From: a virus
Direction: 5' to 3' (one strand)
DNA: 64,000 nt
Virus record (IMG/VR): IMGVR_UViG_3300045988_112927
Location: 56,519 to 120,518 of that record
The translations under genes were made by a program, and so were the position numbers. The notes below the pieces were generated by a model. It was not told the origin of the DNA, did no database searches, and worked only from the letters and a program-made list of their open reading frames with translations. This document shows positions 44,347 through 53,278 of this stretch, piece by piece. How positions within the stretch are numbered: position 1 is the stretch's first letter; every line of letters begins with the position of its first letter.

Positions 44347-44370
44347 CCTTCTGGAAACAAAGAGTTTTCT

Positions 44371-44399
44371 TTGATTTTTTATAAAAAAAATGATATAAT
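44371..44399 (+). promoter_or_regulatory. class-3 promoter
   Basis: TTGATTTTTTATAAAAAAAATGATATAAT. Confidence 0.5.
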
Positions 44400-44448
44400 A
44401 TATATATAAAGTAAAAGAAATAAGAAAAATAAAAGTGAGGTAGATACT

Positions 44449-46032
44449 ATGTTATTAGCAAAGTTAAGTGAGAATGATAAATCAATGATGAAGAGCTGGG
44501 TTGATGACTATGCAGGTGGTCCCTCTAATAGAGGTGAGAGAGCATCTATTGACAGTCTGCTTCGCTATTGGAATAAGAGCAAGGAAAGACTCTTCAAGCT
44601 GTTAGGTGAGCAGTTTATTGTTAGTAAGAGTGTTTCTTTTGAGAAGCGTAAAGAGGATATGCAGGATGAGATTTATCACGCTATGCAGGATTCCAGCTCT
44701 GAAATGTTTGCTTTCGCAAGAGCATTTAGAAATTGGTGCTGGGATACTCCTGGTTTCGATTCTTACTGTGTTGATAAGTTGCTTGACTGCGAGATTCTTG
44801 CTGATAACGAGTATTATGGTTGCACTGTGGAAATCCCTCTTAAAGACGGTAAGAAACTTAAAGTACAGGGTGGCACTAAACCTTTAAGAGCGCTTGGCAA
44901 GATTGCGGCTGCTTATGACTTGCCTGGGTTTGAAGAGTTCCGTTTGGCTCACTCTCGTATCCTTAACCAGAAGAAGCTCTCTGGAGAACTCTGTCTTTCT
45001 ATTCATCCTATGGATTATATGACCATGAGTGATAATGAATGCGACTGGGACTCTTGTATGTCTTGGCGAAATGAGGGTTGCTATCGCCGTGGTACGGTCG
45101 AGATGATGAACTCCGACTGTGTTGTGGTGGCTTACCTCAAAGCCAAAGATGATATGCCTTATAGAGACTGGTACTGGAGCAATAAGAAGTGGAGAATGCT
45201 TATCATCGTTGATGAACAGTGCATCGCTGGTGTAAAAGGCTATCCTTATCAGCATAATGAACTTACTCAGAAATGCCTTGATTGGCTTGCTGAGTTAGCA
45301 ACAGAAAACTGCGGCTGGGAGTTTTGCTCTAAGAACCATGCTTATGATTACTCTGACCGAGTAGAAGATGAGGAAACTGGTCTTAAGCACAGAATGAACT
45401 TCACTACCGAGTATATGTATAATGACTTTGATACTTGTACTCATTGGATTAAGTTTGGTAAGAAAGCCAAAGAATATATTGACATCGAGTACTCTGGTGT
45501 TGCAAATTGTATGTTCTGTGGTGATATTCACTCTTTTGAAGATGAGGACGAGGCTTGTAGTTTGGTGTGCGAAGTATGCTGGGACACAGCATACTGCGAC
45601 ATTTGCGATGAAAGATATGAAAGAGCTACTATGTATGTGGTAGATGGAGAATATATCTGCGAGCATTGTTATGAATATCGCACTACTGAATGCCCTCTAA
45701 CCGAAGAGCTTCACCAGGAAAGAAATATGACAAGACTTTATCTCGCAAGAGGCGAGGAAGTAGACTTTGATACTGATAAGTATATTGAGGTTTATATGCC
45801 GGATGTTAGAGAAAAAGAGTGGATTGCAGAAAAATATTTCCCAAGAGCAGTAAGAAATTCGAGTGGATATGGTATTTTCCGCCATGCGGTTCGCAGATGG
45901 GAAGATGTGTACTGGGTAACCACAGAGGAATGTAGTGGTGAAGGCTTGAAACTCTTTGGATTAGAGAATCGTAAAGCCTTGGTAGAGTATAAAAGAGGCG
46001 GCGAAGCCAACTCTCTCTTAGCAGCGTTTTGA
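44449..46032 (+). CDS. large Cys-rich protein, paralog family member 1 (function unknown)
   Basis: 527 aa; shares SIHPMDY...W.SC...NKKWRML core with 48657..50051; C-terminal zinc-ribbon cluster. Confidence 0.45.
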   Translation: MLLAKLSENDKSMMKSWVDDYAGGPSNRGERASIDSLLRYWNKSKERLFKLLGEQFIVSKSVSFEKRKEDMQDEIYHAMQDSSSEMFAFARAFRNWCWDTPGFDSYCVDKLLDCEILADNEYYGCTVEIPLKDGKKLKVQGGTKPLRALGKIAAAYDLPGFEEFRLAHSRILNQKKLSGELCLSIHPMDYMTMSDNECDWDSCMSWRNEGCYRRGTVEMMNSDCVVVAYLKAKDDMPYRDWYWSNKKWRMLIIVDEQCIAGVKGYPYQHNELTQKCLDWLAELATENCGWEFCSKNHAYDYSDRVEDEETGLKHRMNFTTEYMYNDFDTCTHWIKFGKKAKEYIDIEYSGVANCMFCGDIHSFEDEDEACSLVCEVCWDTAYCDICDERYERATMYVVDGEYICEHCYEYRTTECPLTEELHQERNMTRLYLARGEEVDFDTDKYIEVYMPDVREKEWIAEKYFPRAVRNSSGYGIFRHAVRRWEDVYWVTTEECSGEGLKLFGLENRKALVEYKRGGEANSLLAAF

Positions 46033-46042
46033 AAATCGCTTT

Positions 46043-46071
46043 TTGATTTTTTCAAAAAAAAATGATATAAT
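46043..46071 (+). promoter_or_regulatory. class-3 promoter
   Basis: TTGATTTTTTCAAAAAAAAATGATATAAT. Confidence 0.5.
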
Positions 46072-46140
46072 ATATATGTAAGGTAAAGAAAAAAAGAATT
46101 TCAAAAATCACAAACAAATTAAGAAAGGTGGAACAAAGCT

Positions 46141-46560
46141 ATGACAAACGCAAAGATTACTAAGAAGGACAAATTCAACATGATTAAGGGTATCCTTGAG
46201 GCAGGCACTGTGGAGGGCGTTGATGTTGAGATGCTCACTGAGTTTGTAGAGAATGAGATTGCACTGCTTGAGAAGAAGTCTGCTAAGGCTAAGGAGACCG
46301 CGGCTGCTAAGAAGGCAGAGGCTGATGAACTTACTGTTGCAGTACAGGCTGCTCTTACTGATGAGTATGCTACTATCGCTGAGGTTACTGCGGCTATCGA
46401 GGGTGAGGATGTTACAACTGCTAAGGTTGCATATCGTTTGAACGCTCTTGTTAAGGCTGGTGTAGCTGAAAAGGCTGAGAAGACTATCGCCGGAGGCGAG
46501 GGAGTTAAGAGCCGCAAGGTTCAGTCTTACAGACTCGCTTCTGTAGCTGAAGCTGAGTAA
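46141..46560 (+). CDS. hypothetical Ala/Glu/Lys-rich protein, distant relative of paralog A genes
   Basis: 139 aa; N-terminal KKDKFNMIKG...ENEIALLEKK parallels KREMFEQIK...DHELELLAKK; GC-rich codons. Confidence 0.4.
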   Translation: MTNAKITKKDKFNMIKGILEAGTVEGVDVEMLTEFVENEIALLEKKSAKAKETAAAKKAEADELTVAVQAALTDEYATIAEVTAAIEGEDVTTAKVAYRLNALVKAGVAEKAEKTIAGGEGVKSRKVQSYRLASVAEAE

Positions 46561-46599
46561 TCTACCCCCCAATAAGAGATAAGAAGTAAGGAAGAGGGA

Positions 46600-46635
46600 C
46601 TGGAAATATTCCAGTCCCTCTTTTATTTTTTTAAT
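46600..46635 (+). terminator. intrinsic terminator
   Basis: GGGACTGGAAATATTCCAGTCCC then TCTTTTATTTTTTT. Confidence 0.55.
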
Positions 46636-46774
46636 TGAAAAATCGGAAGGTCTGCTCCGACCGGAGAGGACCCAGGAGACCGAAAAACCAAACTCAAAAT
46701 GTCGTTGGGAAATTTTCATTGACATTATCTAAAAAAAATGGTAAAATATAAATAAAAGAGAAAGGAGAAATCCA

Positions 46775-47554
46775 ATGAAATATTGTTTAAGTAGCAGACA
46801 AAATGATGCTTATTTAAAACAAGCTAATGAAATTAGAGTTGAAAATAGAGATATTAAATCAGTCCCAGATTTATTGGAGAAATATCCAGAAGCAACAATT
46901 ATTTTGGAAGAAGATTTAATGGGTTCAGAATTTGATTGGAAAGAATTAAATACTTATAATAAATTGGCACAAGGTCGTTTAATATTGTGTTTAGGTGATT
47001 TAGCAACTGCGGCAGTTGCTAAAGAGACCGGAATTCCATTTTATATGGGTTATCCAGTTAAGACTTTCTATGAATTAAATGGAATAAAAAAGCTTGGTGC
47101 ATGTTATGTAAGAATAGATGCGCCTCTTTTCTTTGAAATGGATAAAGTAAAATCTTTTGAAATTCCAGTAAGAGTTTGCGCAAATGTAGCTTATTCTGAT
47201 ATGTTACCAAGAGAAGATGGAGTTTGCGGCCTGTGGATAAGGCCGGAAGACGTGGATAAATATGAACCATATGTTGATGTTATAGAGTTCAGTGATTGCG
47301 ACATAAAGAAAGAGCAAGCATTATTCCGTATTTATGCTTTAGAACATAGCTGGCCTGGTGAAATGTCAATTATTATTACAAACTTTGATTATCCAGGTTT
47401 AAATCGTATGGTATTACCAGATGTTGTAGATAAAAGATTAAATTGCGGGCAGCGTTGTCAATCGGGCGGAGCATGCAGAGTTTGTTATCGCACTTTCGAC
47501 TTGGCTAATCGCGATAAGATGAGAGAATATGTAGATTCTAGCAACCTATCTTGA
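46775..47554 (+). CDS. hypothetical protein with C-terminal Cys cluster
   Basis: 259 aa; NCGQRCQSGGACRVC. Confidence 0.4.
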   Translation: MKYCLSSRQNDAYLKQANEIRVENRDIKSVPDLLEKYPEATIILEEDLMGSEFDWKELNTYNKLAQGRLILCLGDLATAAVAKETGIPFYMGYPVKTFYELNGIKKLGACYVRIDAPLFFEMDKVKSFEIPVRVCANVAYSDMLPREDGVCGLWIRPEDVDKYEPYVDVIEFSDCDIKKEQALFRIYALEHSWPGEMSIIITNFDYPGLNRMVLPDVVDKRLNCGQRCQSGGACRVCYRTFDLANRDKMREYVDSSNLS

Positions 47555-47579
47555 TTTTTTATAAAAAATTTGTTATAAT
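47551..47579 (+). promoter_or_regulatory. class-3 promoter (gene stop TGA inside -35)
   Basis: TTGATTTTTTATAAAAAATTTGTTATAAT. Confidence 0.5.
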
Positions 47580-47614
47580 TATATTATAAGAATAGAGAAA
47601 GGTGGTTGTTGTCG

Positions 47615-48655
47615 ATGATGAGAACTTTAAAAGAAAATGAACAGAAAACATTCGAGCAAATTGTATCATTAACTCAACCGGCATTAAAAAGAGTAATGTC
47701 TAAGTTTATCAGAAACAAATATGACACAAAGAATGTTATCGAAACAAAAGATTACATTTGCGCCGAGGGGGAAATTCCTATCGCATTGGTTGCTCATATG
47801 GATACTGTTTTTGATAAGCCTGTCAAAAATATGTTTTATGACACAAGAAAAAATGTAATATGGAGTCCTGAAGGACTTGGCGCAGATGATAGAGCAGGCG
47901 TCTATGCTATTATTCGTGTCTTAAATTCTGGTCTTAGACCTCATATCGTATTAACTACCGATGAAGAGTCTGGTTGTCTTGGTGCCGGTGAATTGGCAAA
48001 AGCTCCTTGTCCATTTAAAGAATTGCATTATGTAATTGAATTGGATAGACGAGGAACTAATGATTGCGTGTTTTATGATTGCGACAATGAAGATTTTGTA
48101 AAATATGTTGAGCAATTTGGTTTTACAGAAGCATATGGTAGTTTTTCAGATATTTGTGAACTTTGTCCGGAGTGGGGAGTAGCAGGAGTTAATTTATCTA
48201 TCGGATATGTAGATGAACATAGTTATCAAGAATTACTTTATGTTTCTCCTATGTTGGCAACGATTGATAAAGTTAAAAAGATGCTTTCTGAAAGCGAGAT
48301 TCCTACTTTTAAGTACATTCTTTCTCCATATGCTTATAATTGGTTTAATTATGGAAAGAAAAGCGGGAAGAAGGGGTATTATAGCGGATATGATTTTGGT
48401 GTAGTTGGAGATACAACAAATCTTGATAGCTATCACGAATGTCATGTTTGTCATAAGCACTTCTGGGAAGAAGAGATGTTCCCTGTAAAAATGAAAGATG
48501 GAACAACTGGTTTTTATTGTACTGATTGTATTGTAGATAATGTAGCTTGGTGTACTGTTTGTAACGAACCTTTTGAAATTACCGAAGAAAATACAATCTT
48601 AGATAAATGTCCAGATTGTAGACGAAAAGAAGAATATAAAAAGGGAGCAGTATAA
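47615..48655 (+). CDS. M42/M20-family-like metallo-aminopeptidase with C-terminal zinc ribbon
   Basis: AHMDTV and GADDRAG dimetal-site motifs; ATG 47615. Confidence 0.45.
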   Translation: MMRTLKENEQKTFEQIVSLTQPALKRVMSKFIRNKYDTKNVIETKDYICAEGEIPIALVAHMDTVFDKPVKNMFYDTRKNVIWSPEGLGADDRAGVYAIIRVLNSGLRPHIVLTTDEESGCLGAGELAKAPCPFKELHYVIELDRRGTNDCVFYDCDNEDFVKYVEQFGFTEAYGSFSDICELCPEWGVAGVNLSIGYVDEHSYQELLYVSPMLATIDKVKKMLSESEIPTFKYILSPYAYNWFNYGKKSGKKGYYSGYDFGVVGDTTNLDSYHECHVCHKHFWEEEMFPVKMKDGTTGFYCTDCIVDNVAWCTVCNEPFEITEENTILDKCPDCRRKEEYKKGAV

Positions 48656-48656
48656 A

Positions 48657-50051
48657 ATGGTGGATATTAAAGAAATTCAAGCACAATTTAATAAGGTTAT
48701 AGCTTATTCTCAGGGAATTCCAGACCCTAAAACAGATGACTTATTTGAGCGTTGGTTAGAGGCTAAGCGAGACATTATTGAGGCGTTCGGCGGAGAATTG
48801 ATTTACACCGTACCTCAAAAGGTAAGTTTTGAGTTAAATCACAAAGAAAAGATGTTAAGAGTTAATGATTTCATTGAATCTGTTTCTGTTACTTGGGACA
48901 ATGAAGCATTGGCAGATTTTATTGACCTTAATAAAGAGAGTTTTTTCCAAAATATAGTCGAAAATGGAACTGTTCTTAGTGATAATACTAAAGTCCCAAA
49001 AGGAATGAAACTTGTTAAGGCTTTTAAGTTCTTTGAAACTGATAAAAATGCATTGAAAGAATTGCAGAATAAAGCAAGTATGATTATCCAAGAGGATAAA
49101 ATTGAAGGATATTTATGTTTTTCAGTTCATCCTTTGGATTTTTTATCCAGTAGCGAAAATACTTATAATTGGCGTAGTTGCCATGCTCTTGATGGCGAGT
49201 ATCGTTCTGGTAATATTTCCTATATGATGGATAAGAGTACAATTATGTGTTACTTAATAGGTGACAAAAATATGCATAAGTTGCCTAATTTCCCGGATGA
49301 AGTACCTTGGAACTCAAAGAAATGGCGTATGTTATTATTTTTATCAGATAACTGGAATGCAATGTATGCCGGAAGACAGTATCCATTTTTCAGTGATACA
49401 GCATTGGATTTAGTAAAAAAGAATATTTTATCGCCATTAAAATTGTCTGGTTATTGGAGTAATTGGCATAATGATGAGATTACTAACTATAAATTCAAAG
49501 GTGACGATGAGGAAAAAGATGATGTATATTTTGATAGAATCTATATCCCGATGAAAGGTAGATTATACAATAAGCAGGATTTAATTGAGGACGGCAAAAA
49601 TACAAATCATTTCAATGATTTATTGAGGTCTTCTTGTTATATTCCTTATTACTCTTGGAATAAACAGCATTGGAGGCAAATTCATTTTACTATTGGTGCA
49701 GAAGCTCCATGTATGTGTTGCGGCAAGAGTTATATAGCAGTAACAGATGAAATGCTTTGTACAGATTGTGAACTTGACCATGGTAATTCAGAAGATGAAA
49801 TGTTTACAACTTGTGATTGTTGTGGAAGAAGAATTCTTTACAATGAGTCTTGGTGCGTAGAACCTTCTGGAGAAACTGTCTGTGAATCATGTGCTGATTC
49901 TGAATGTAAGCATTGTGATTGCTGTGGTGAATTGTATTATAAGAGCGATATAAGGTATGACAGAGAGAATGGGGATTATAGATGTCCAAGCTGTCATTCA
50001 GATACTCGTAGAGAACAAGAAAATTTTATGCGTACAACATTTTTCATATAA
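48657..50051 (+). CDS. large Cys-rich protein, paralog family member 2
   Basis: 464 aa; SVHPLDF...W.SC...SKKWRML; many CxxC. Confidence 0.45.
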   Translation: MVDIKEIQAQFNKVIAYSQGIPDPKTDDLFERWLEAKRDIIEAFGGELIYTVPQKVSFELNHKEKMLRVNDFIESVSVTWDNEALADFIDLNKESFFQNIVENGTVLSDNTKVPKGMKLVKAFKFFETDKNALKELQNKASMIIQEDKIEGYLCFSVHPLDFLSSSENTYNWRSCHALDGEYRSGNISYMMDKSTIMCYLIGDKNMHKLPNFPDEVPWNSKKWRMLLFLSDNWNAMYAGRQYPFFSDTALDLVKKNILSPLKLSGYWSNWHNDEITNYKFKGDDEEKDDVYFDRIYIPMKGRLYNKQDLIEDGKNTNHFNDLLRSSCYIPYYSWNKQHWRQIHFTIGAEAPCMCCGKSYIAVTDEMLCTDCELDHGNSEDEMFTTCDCCGRRILYNESWCVEPSGETVCESCADSECKHCDCCGELYYKSDIRYDRENGDYRCPSCHSDTRREQENFMRTTFFI

Positions 50052-50066
50052 TAAGGAGGAAGAACA

Positions 50067-50387
50067 ATGGCAAAAGGTGCGGAAGCTAAAAGTAATGTAG
50101 TAAAGAGATTGCAGGCTGCTTTTGGTGATGATTTTATTGGAGAATTTGATAAGAAGATTTATGTGTGGTCTCAGGAGAATGGGGAAAGAATGCAAATCGC
50201 TATTTCTATGACTTGTCCTAAGAATCCAGTAGGAGTAATTAATCCTACTTCTATGGACTTCGGGGGTGATTTGGATTTTGAGAAAATGGGCGAAGCTCCT
50301 GTTGCTCCGGCTAAATTTGAACCAGCAGAGATTACAGAAGAAGAGAAGGAAATTGTCGCTAATTTGATGGCGAGATTAGGATTGTAA
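50067..50387 (+). CDS. hypothetical protein
   Basis: ORF track 106 aa. Confidence 0.4.
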   Translation: MAKGAEAKSNVVKRLQAAFGDDFIGEFDKKIYVWSQENGERMQIAISMTCPKNPVGVINPTSMDFGGDLDFEKMGEAPVAPAKFEPAEITEEEKEIVANLMARLGL

Positions 50388-50388
50388 T

Positions 50389-50547
50389 ATGGTAAAAGTA
50401 AAATTGATTTTTTATGCTCAATTTTGCGGGTATGCGGAACAGGTAGTTGAACTACCTGACGCAGACCCAGAGACAATTAAAGCAATTTTTCCGAAATATA
50501 TCGGAATACCTTTTGACGACAATTGCGACTATGAAATTTTGGATTGA
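50389..50547 (+). CDS. small hypothetical protein (52 aa)
   Basis: MVKVKLIFYAQFCGYAEQVVELPDADPE...; stop inside next -35. Confidence 0.3.
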   Translation: MVKVKLIFYAQFCGYAEQVVELPDADPETIKAIFPKYIGIPFDDNCDYEILD

Positions 50548-50572
50548 TTTTTCATAAAAATTTTGTTATAAT
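50544..50572 (+). promoter_or_regulatory. class-3 promoter
   Basis: TTGATTTTTCATAAAAATTTTGTTATAAT. Confidence 0.5.
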
Positions 50573-50617
50573 ATATATAGAAAAAATGATAAAGACACAT
50601 TCAGCAAACTTTTAATT

Positions 50618-50689
50618 TTTGAAATAGTCAAATGGATAAGACATAAACCTACCAAGTTTAAAATGCGGGTTCGATTCCTGCTTTCAAAG
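50618..50689 (+). tRNA. tRNA-like structure in mRNA leader (cloverleaf foldable, anticodon loop CTACCAA = ACC, atypical)
   Basis: Acceptor TTTGAAA/TTTCAAA, T-arm GCGGG-TTCGATT-CCTGC; flanked by AAAGACACATTCAGCAA ... TGTGTCTT long-range stem. Confidence 0.3.
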
Positions 50690-50722
50690 CCAAATTATGT
50701 GTCTTGTAAGGAGAAAGTTTTT

Positions 50723-50893
50723 ATGAAAGACGAAATCCTTGATGTTACTATGATAGTTGATGATGGTGATTTTGGAGATTCTACTGGACACTGTCCTACT
50801 TGTGGAGAAGTGTTTTATTTCCCTTTATTTTATAAAGGTAAGTGGTATCCATGTCGCCATTGTGGTCAGAAGATTTGGGTGAATAAAGAATGA
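50723..50893 (+). CDS. zinc-ribbon small protein (56 aa)
   Basis: ATG 50723 after AAGGAG; CPTCGE...CRHCGQ. Confidence 0.4.
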   Translation: MKDEILDVTMIVDDGDFGDSTGHCPTCGEVFYFPLFYKGKWYPCRHCGQKIWVNKE

Positions 50894-51006
50894 AAATTGC
50901 TTTAATATTAGGAATTTGCGGCGTTGCCGTTGTAGCGGTCGGATTAGTTAACGCAGTTATTGCCTTAATGAAGGTCCGCAAGATGCAAGAAAAAGATTTT
51001 TATTGA
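50890..51006 (+). CDS. small membrane peptide (38 aa)
   Basis: MKIALILGICGVAVVAVGLVNAVIALMKVRKMQEKDFY; ATGA overlap with upstream gene. Confidence 0.3.
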   Translation: MKIALILGICGVAVVAVGLVNAVIALMKVRKMQEKDFY

Positions 51007-51031
51007 TTTTTTATAAAAAATTTGATATAAT
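51003..51031 (+). promoter_or_regulatory. class-3 promoter
   Basis: TTGATTTTTTATAAAAAATTTGATATAAT. Confidence 0.5.
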
Positions 51032-51166
51032 ATATATGTAAGGTAAAGAAATAAAAATTTTCAGAAAAATCTTAGGACAAAGAAAGTTAAATAATTCTCT
51101 GGTTTTTTGATAATATATTACCTCACATAAGGCATCAACAGCAATTAACTGGAAAAGAGCCAAGCA

Positions 51167-51230
51167 GGTTGTCGTGGGTTCGAGCCCCACTCTGGCATGT
51201 ATTTGCTGGATAGCTCAGCTGGGAGAGCCC
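51167..51230 (+). pseudogene. tRNA fragments (3' T-arm/acceptor piece followed by 5' acceptor/D-arm piece)
   Basis: GTGGGTTCGAGCCCCAC...; GCTGGATAGCTCAGCTGGGAGAGC with no matching partner halves. Confidence 0.3.
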
Positions 51231-51380
51231 CCGCCAATATTTTCAAGATGCCTTGTTCTTCTCCGAAAAAAGGTTTGCAGTAGGTAAGTCCAAACCAGAA
51301 ACCTTGAGACCTATTAAGGGCAACAGTGATTGCGTAAGGCAACGATACACGCTGTTAGGGACTAAGAAAAAAGATTTTTA

Positions 51381-51409
51381 TTGATTTTTTATAAAAAAAA
51401 TGATATAAT
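51381..51409 (+). promoter_or_regulatory. class-3 promoter
   Basis: TTGATTTTTTATAAAAAAAATGATATAAT. Confidence 0.5.
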
Positions 51410-51444
51410 ATATATGTAAGATAAAGAAAGGAGATTGATAACCA

Positions 51445-51771
51445 ATGAGTTCTCTTGGAAAGTGCTTTATATGGCTTGACGATGAAAGAGAAATAAATTG
51501 GTCTCGCGTTCCAGATGGTATGGCTGTTGTTCACGCTAAAACATATAAGGAAGCGATTGAAAAACTTTCCTTTTATATCGAGCGTAAGACGAAACTTGTT
51601 GTTGATTTCGACCATGACTTAGGTTGTAAAAGAACTGGTTATGATGTAGCCAAATGGATTATTGCTTCTGGTTATCAGAATGTAAGATTTAAGATTCATT
51701 CAATGAATCCAGTGGGAGCACAGAATATCAGAGAAATGCTTTTACATTACGGTTATGAGGAGATAAAATAA
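51445..51771 (+). CDS. receiver (REC)-domain-like protein
   Basis: IWLDDER, VVDFDHDLG, KIHSMNP resemble CheY-like acidic pocket/T/K positions; weak. Confidence 0.3.
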   Translation: MSSLGKCFIWLDDEREINWSRVPDGMAVVHAKTYKEAIEKLSFYIERKTKLVVDFDHDLGCKRTGYDVAKWIIASGYQNVRFKIHSMNPVGAQNIREMLLHYGYEEIK

Positions 51772-51777
51772 GAAATT

Positions 51778-51806
51778 TGATTTTTATAAAAAAATATGAT
51801 ATAATA
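51778..51806 (+). promoter_or_regulatory. class-3 promoter
   Basis: TTGATTTTTATAAAAAAATATGATATAAT. Confidence 0.5.
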
Positions 51807-51986
51807 TATATATAAGAAATGGTAAATGTACTTTTCAGGTTGTCGACAAACTTGGAAAGAGAGTTCCGCCAAAGGAGATTGGTGCCCGTAGTCGGGTAAT
51901 GAACGAGACCTTCGTATGCATGAAAACCTATGATAAAATAAATGAAAGGCATAGGTAAAGAAGAACAAAACCGTTTCAGTTTTTAT

Positions 51987-52060
51987 TGGACCGTAGCTCA
52001 GCTGGTAGTAGCATCTGACTGTTAATCAGAGGGTCGTGGGTTCGAGCCCCACCGGTCCAG
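51987..52060 (+). tRNA. tRNA-Asn (GTT)
   Basis: Cloverleaf folded by eye: acceptor TGGACCG/CGGTCCA, AC stem TCTGA/TCAGA loop CTGTTAA, T-arm GTGGG-TTCGAGC-CCCAC. Confidence 0.7.
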
Positions 52061-52380
52061 CTCGCATTCTGGCTTCTCAATCTTGAGATTCTCGGCATGT
52101 GGATACCCACAGGCGGTATAGGTGAGCCTGGTGTTGTTACCATTTCGACATCACGGCAAATGGCGTTTGGGAGATTGCGGAGCGTGTGTTTCCTCACCCT
52201 GGTTTTCGGAAAACCTAAAAAGATGTCTGCATACGCCAGTAGAGAGATAAGTCGCATTGAGAGCTGGGAGTCTAAGATGCGGAAACCATGGTTGGGTTTT
52301 TCTTCATATTTGTGCCTCACTTCGGTCAAAACAAAATGAAGTTTTTGAAAAGTTTATCAGCGGTCTTTCAAAGTAAAATA
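52041..52380 (+). ncRNA. unassigned GC-richer non-coding stretch inside tRNA island
   Basis: 340 bp without ORF or recognisable tRNA; multiple short inverted repeats. Confidence 0.2.
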
Positions 52381-52390
52381 AACTGAATAT

Positions 52391-52463
52391 GGGGGTGTAG
52401 CCGAATTGGCATAGGCGTCTGCCTTAGGAGCAGAAATTTGTGGGTTCGAGTCCCTCTACCCCT
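52391..52463 (+). tRNA. tRNA-like, anticodon loop CTTAGGA (TAG, Leu?) with imperfect acceptor/T stems
   Basis: AC stem TCTGC/GCAGA; T-loop TTCGAGT; short variable arm atypical for Leu. Confidence 0.35.
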
Positions 52464-52860
52464 ACTATCCGTTAGCATGGATTAGGAAGTAAACTACCTC
52501 CGGCTGTTGGAAAAGATAATGCGTTATTCGTCTATTAGGTAAGACAATATTCTTTATTATTATGAAGAATAAAAAAGAGAGTGCAAATCTCCAGTGTTAC
52601 TTTTCCTCTGATATGAGGCTTTGTGGTAAACGGTATATAAAGAAGCAAAGTAACTTCCCGCGTCACTGCGTAGTGTGTAGGTTTGTTCCGAGAACTACCT
52701 AACCAAAAATAAGTTCTCGGAAAAATATCTTATGTTGGAGGTACGGTCCGTTAGGCAGGTAACTAAAATGTAAGGCAGTGGGGACGCTCAGCAATGGTAA
52801 ATGGGGTTGAGCAATCGAATGAGTCAAGGATAGCTTTAATTCGAGATAAAATTTCTAAAT

Positions 52861-52889
52861 TTGATTTTTTCTTAAATTTTTGTTATAAT
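52861..52889 (+). promoter_or_regulatory. class-3 promoter
   Basis: TTGATTTTTTCTTAAATTTTTGTTATAAT. Confidence 0.5.
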
Positions 52890-53004
52890 ATATATATAAG
52901 GTAAGGGATATGAAACATTCCAATGTTATCCCATCGAGGTTTTCCCCTTACCTTATTACAGTCGATGTTGGTAGTTGACGACTATAAAACAATTACTATA
53001 TTCT

Positions 53005-53078
53005 GGCTCCGTAGTTCAGTTGGTTAGAACGCTTGCCTGTCACGCAAGAGGTCACGGGTTCGAATCCCGTTGGAGTCG
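53005..53078 (+). tRNA. tRNA-Asp (GTC)
   Basis: Acceptor GGCTCCG/TGGAGTC, D GTTC/GAAC, AC CTTGC-CTGTCAC-GCAAG, T ACGGG-TTCGAAT-CCCGT. Confidence 0.75.
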
Positions 53079-53211
53079 CGCCCCAGTGGAGGTTAATAGG
53101 TACCTGCCCAGCCGGGAAGGCAAATCAAAAAACTTATGTGCTGATAAAGCTAATCAGCAACTCTCGAGAGAGCGGAGACGGGTGTATAGTTCAAAGGTAG
53201 AGAACACCGCG

Positions 53212-53278
53212 GGTACTGTAGTTTAATGGTAGAACACTTACAACTTAGGTAATATGGGTTCAAATCCCATCGGTACTT
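53212..53278 (+). tRNA. tRNA-like (anticodon arm irregular; preceded by duplicated acceptor/D-arm fragment at 53170-53210)
   Basis: Acceptor GGTACTG/CGGTACT, D-arm TAGTTTAATGGTAGAACA, T ATGGG-TTCAAAT-CCCAT; AC stem only 4 bp, no variable loop. Confidence 0.3.

Noticed and set aside
46108-46725. Minus-strand 205-aa and 132-aa ORFs
   Set aside because: They are antisense to the GC-rich, codon-biased plus-strand gene 46141..46560, and their Ser/Leu-rich translations are typical of the shadow frame.
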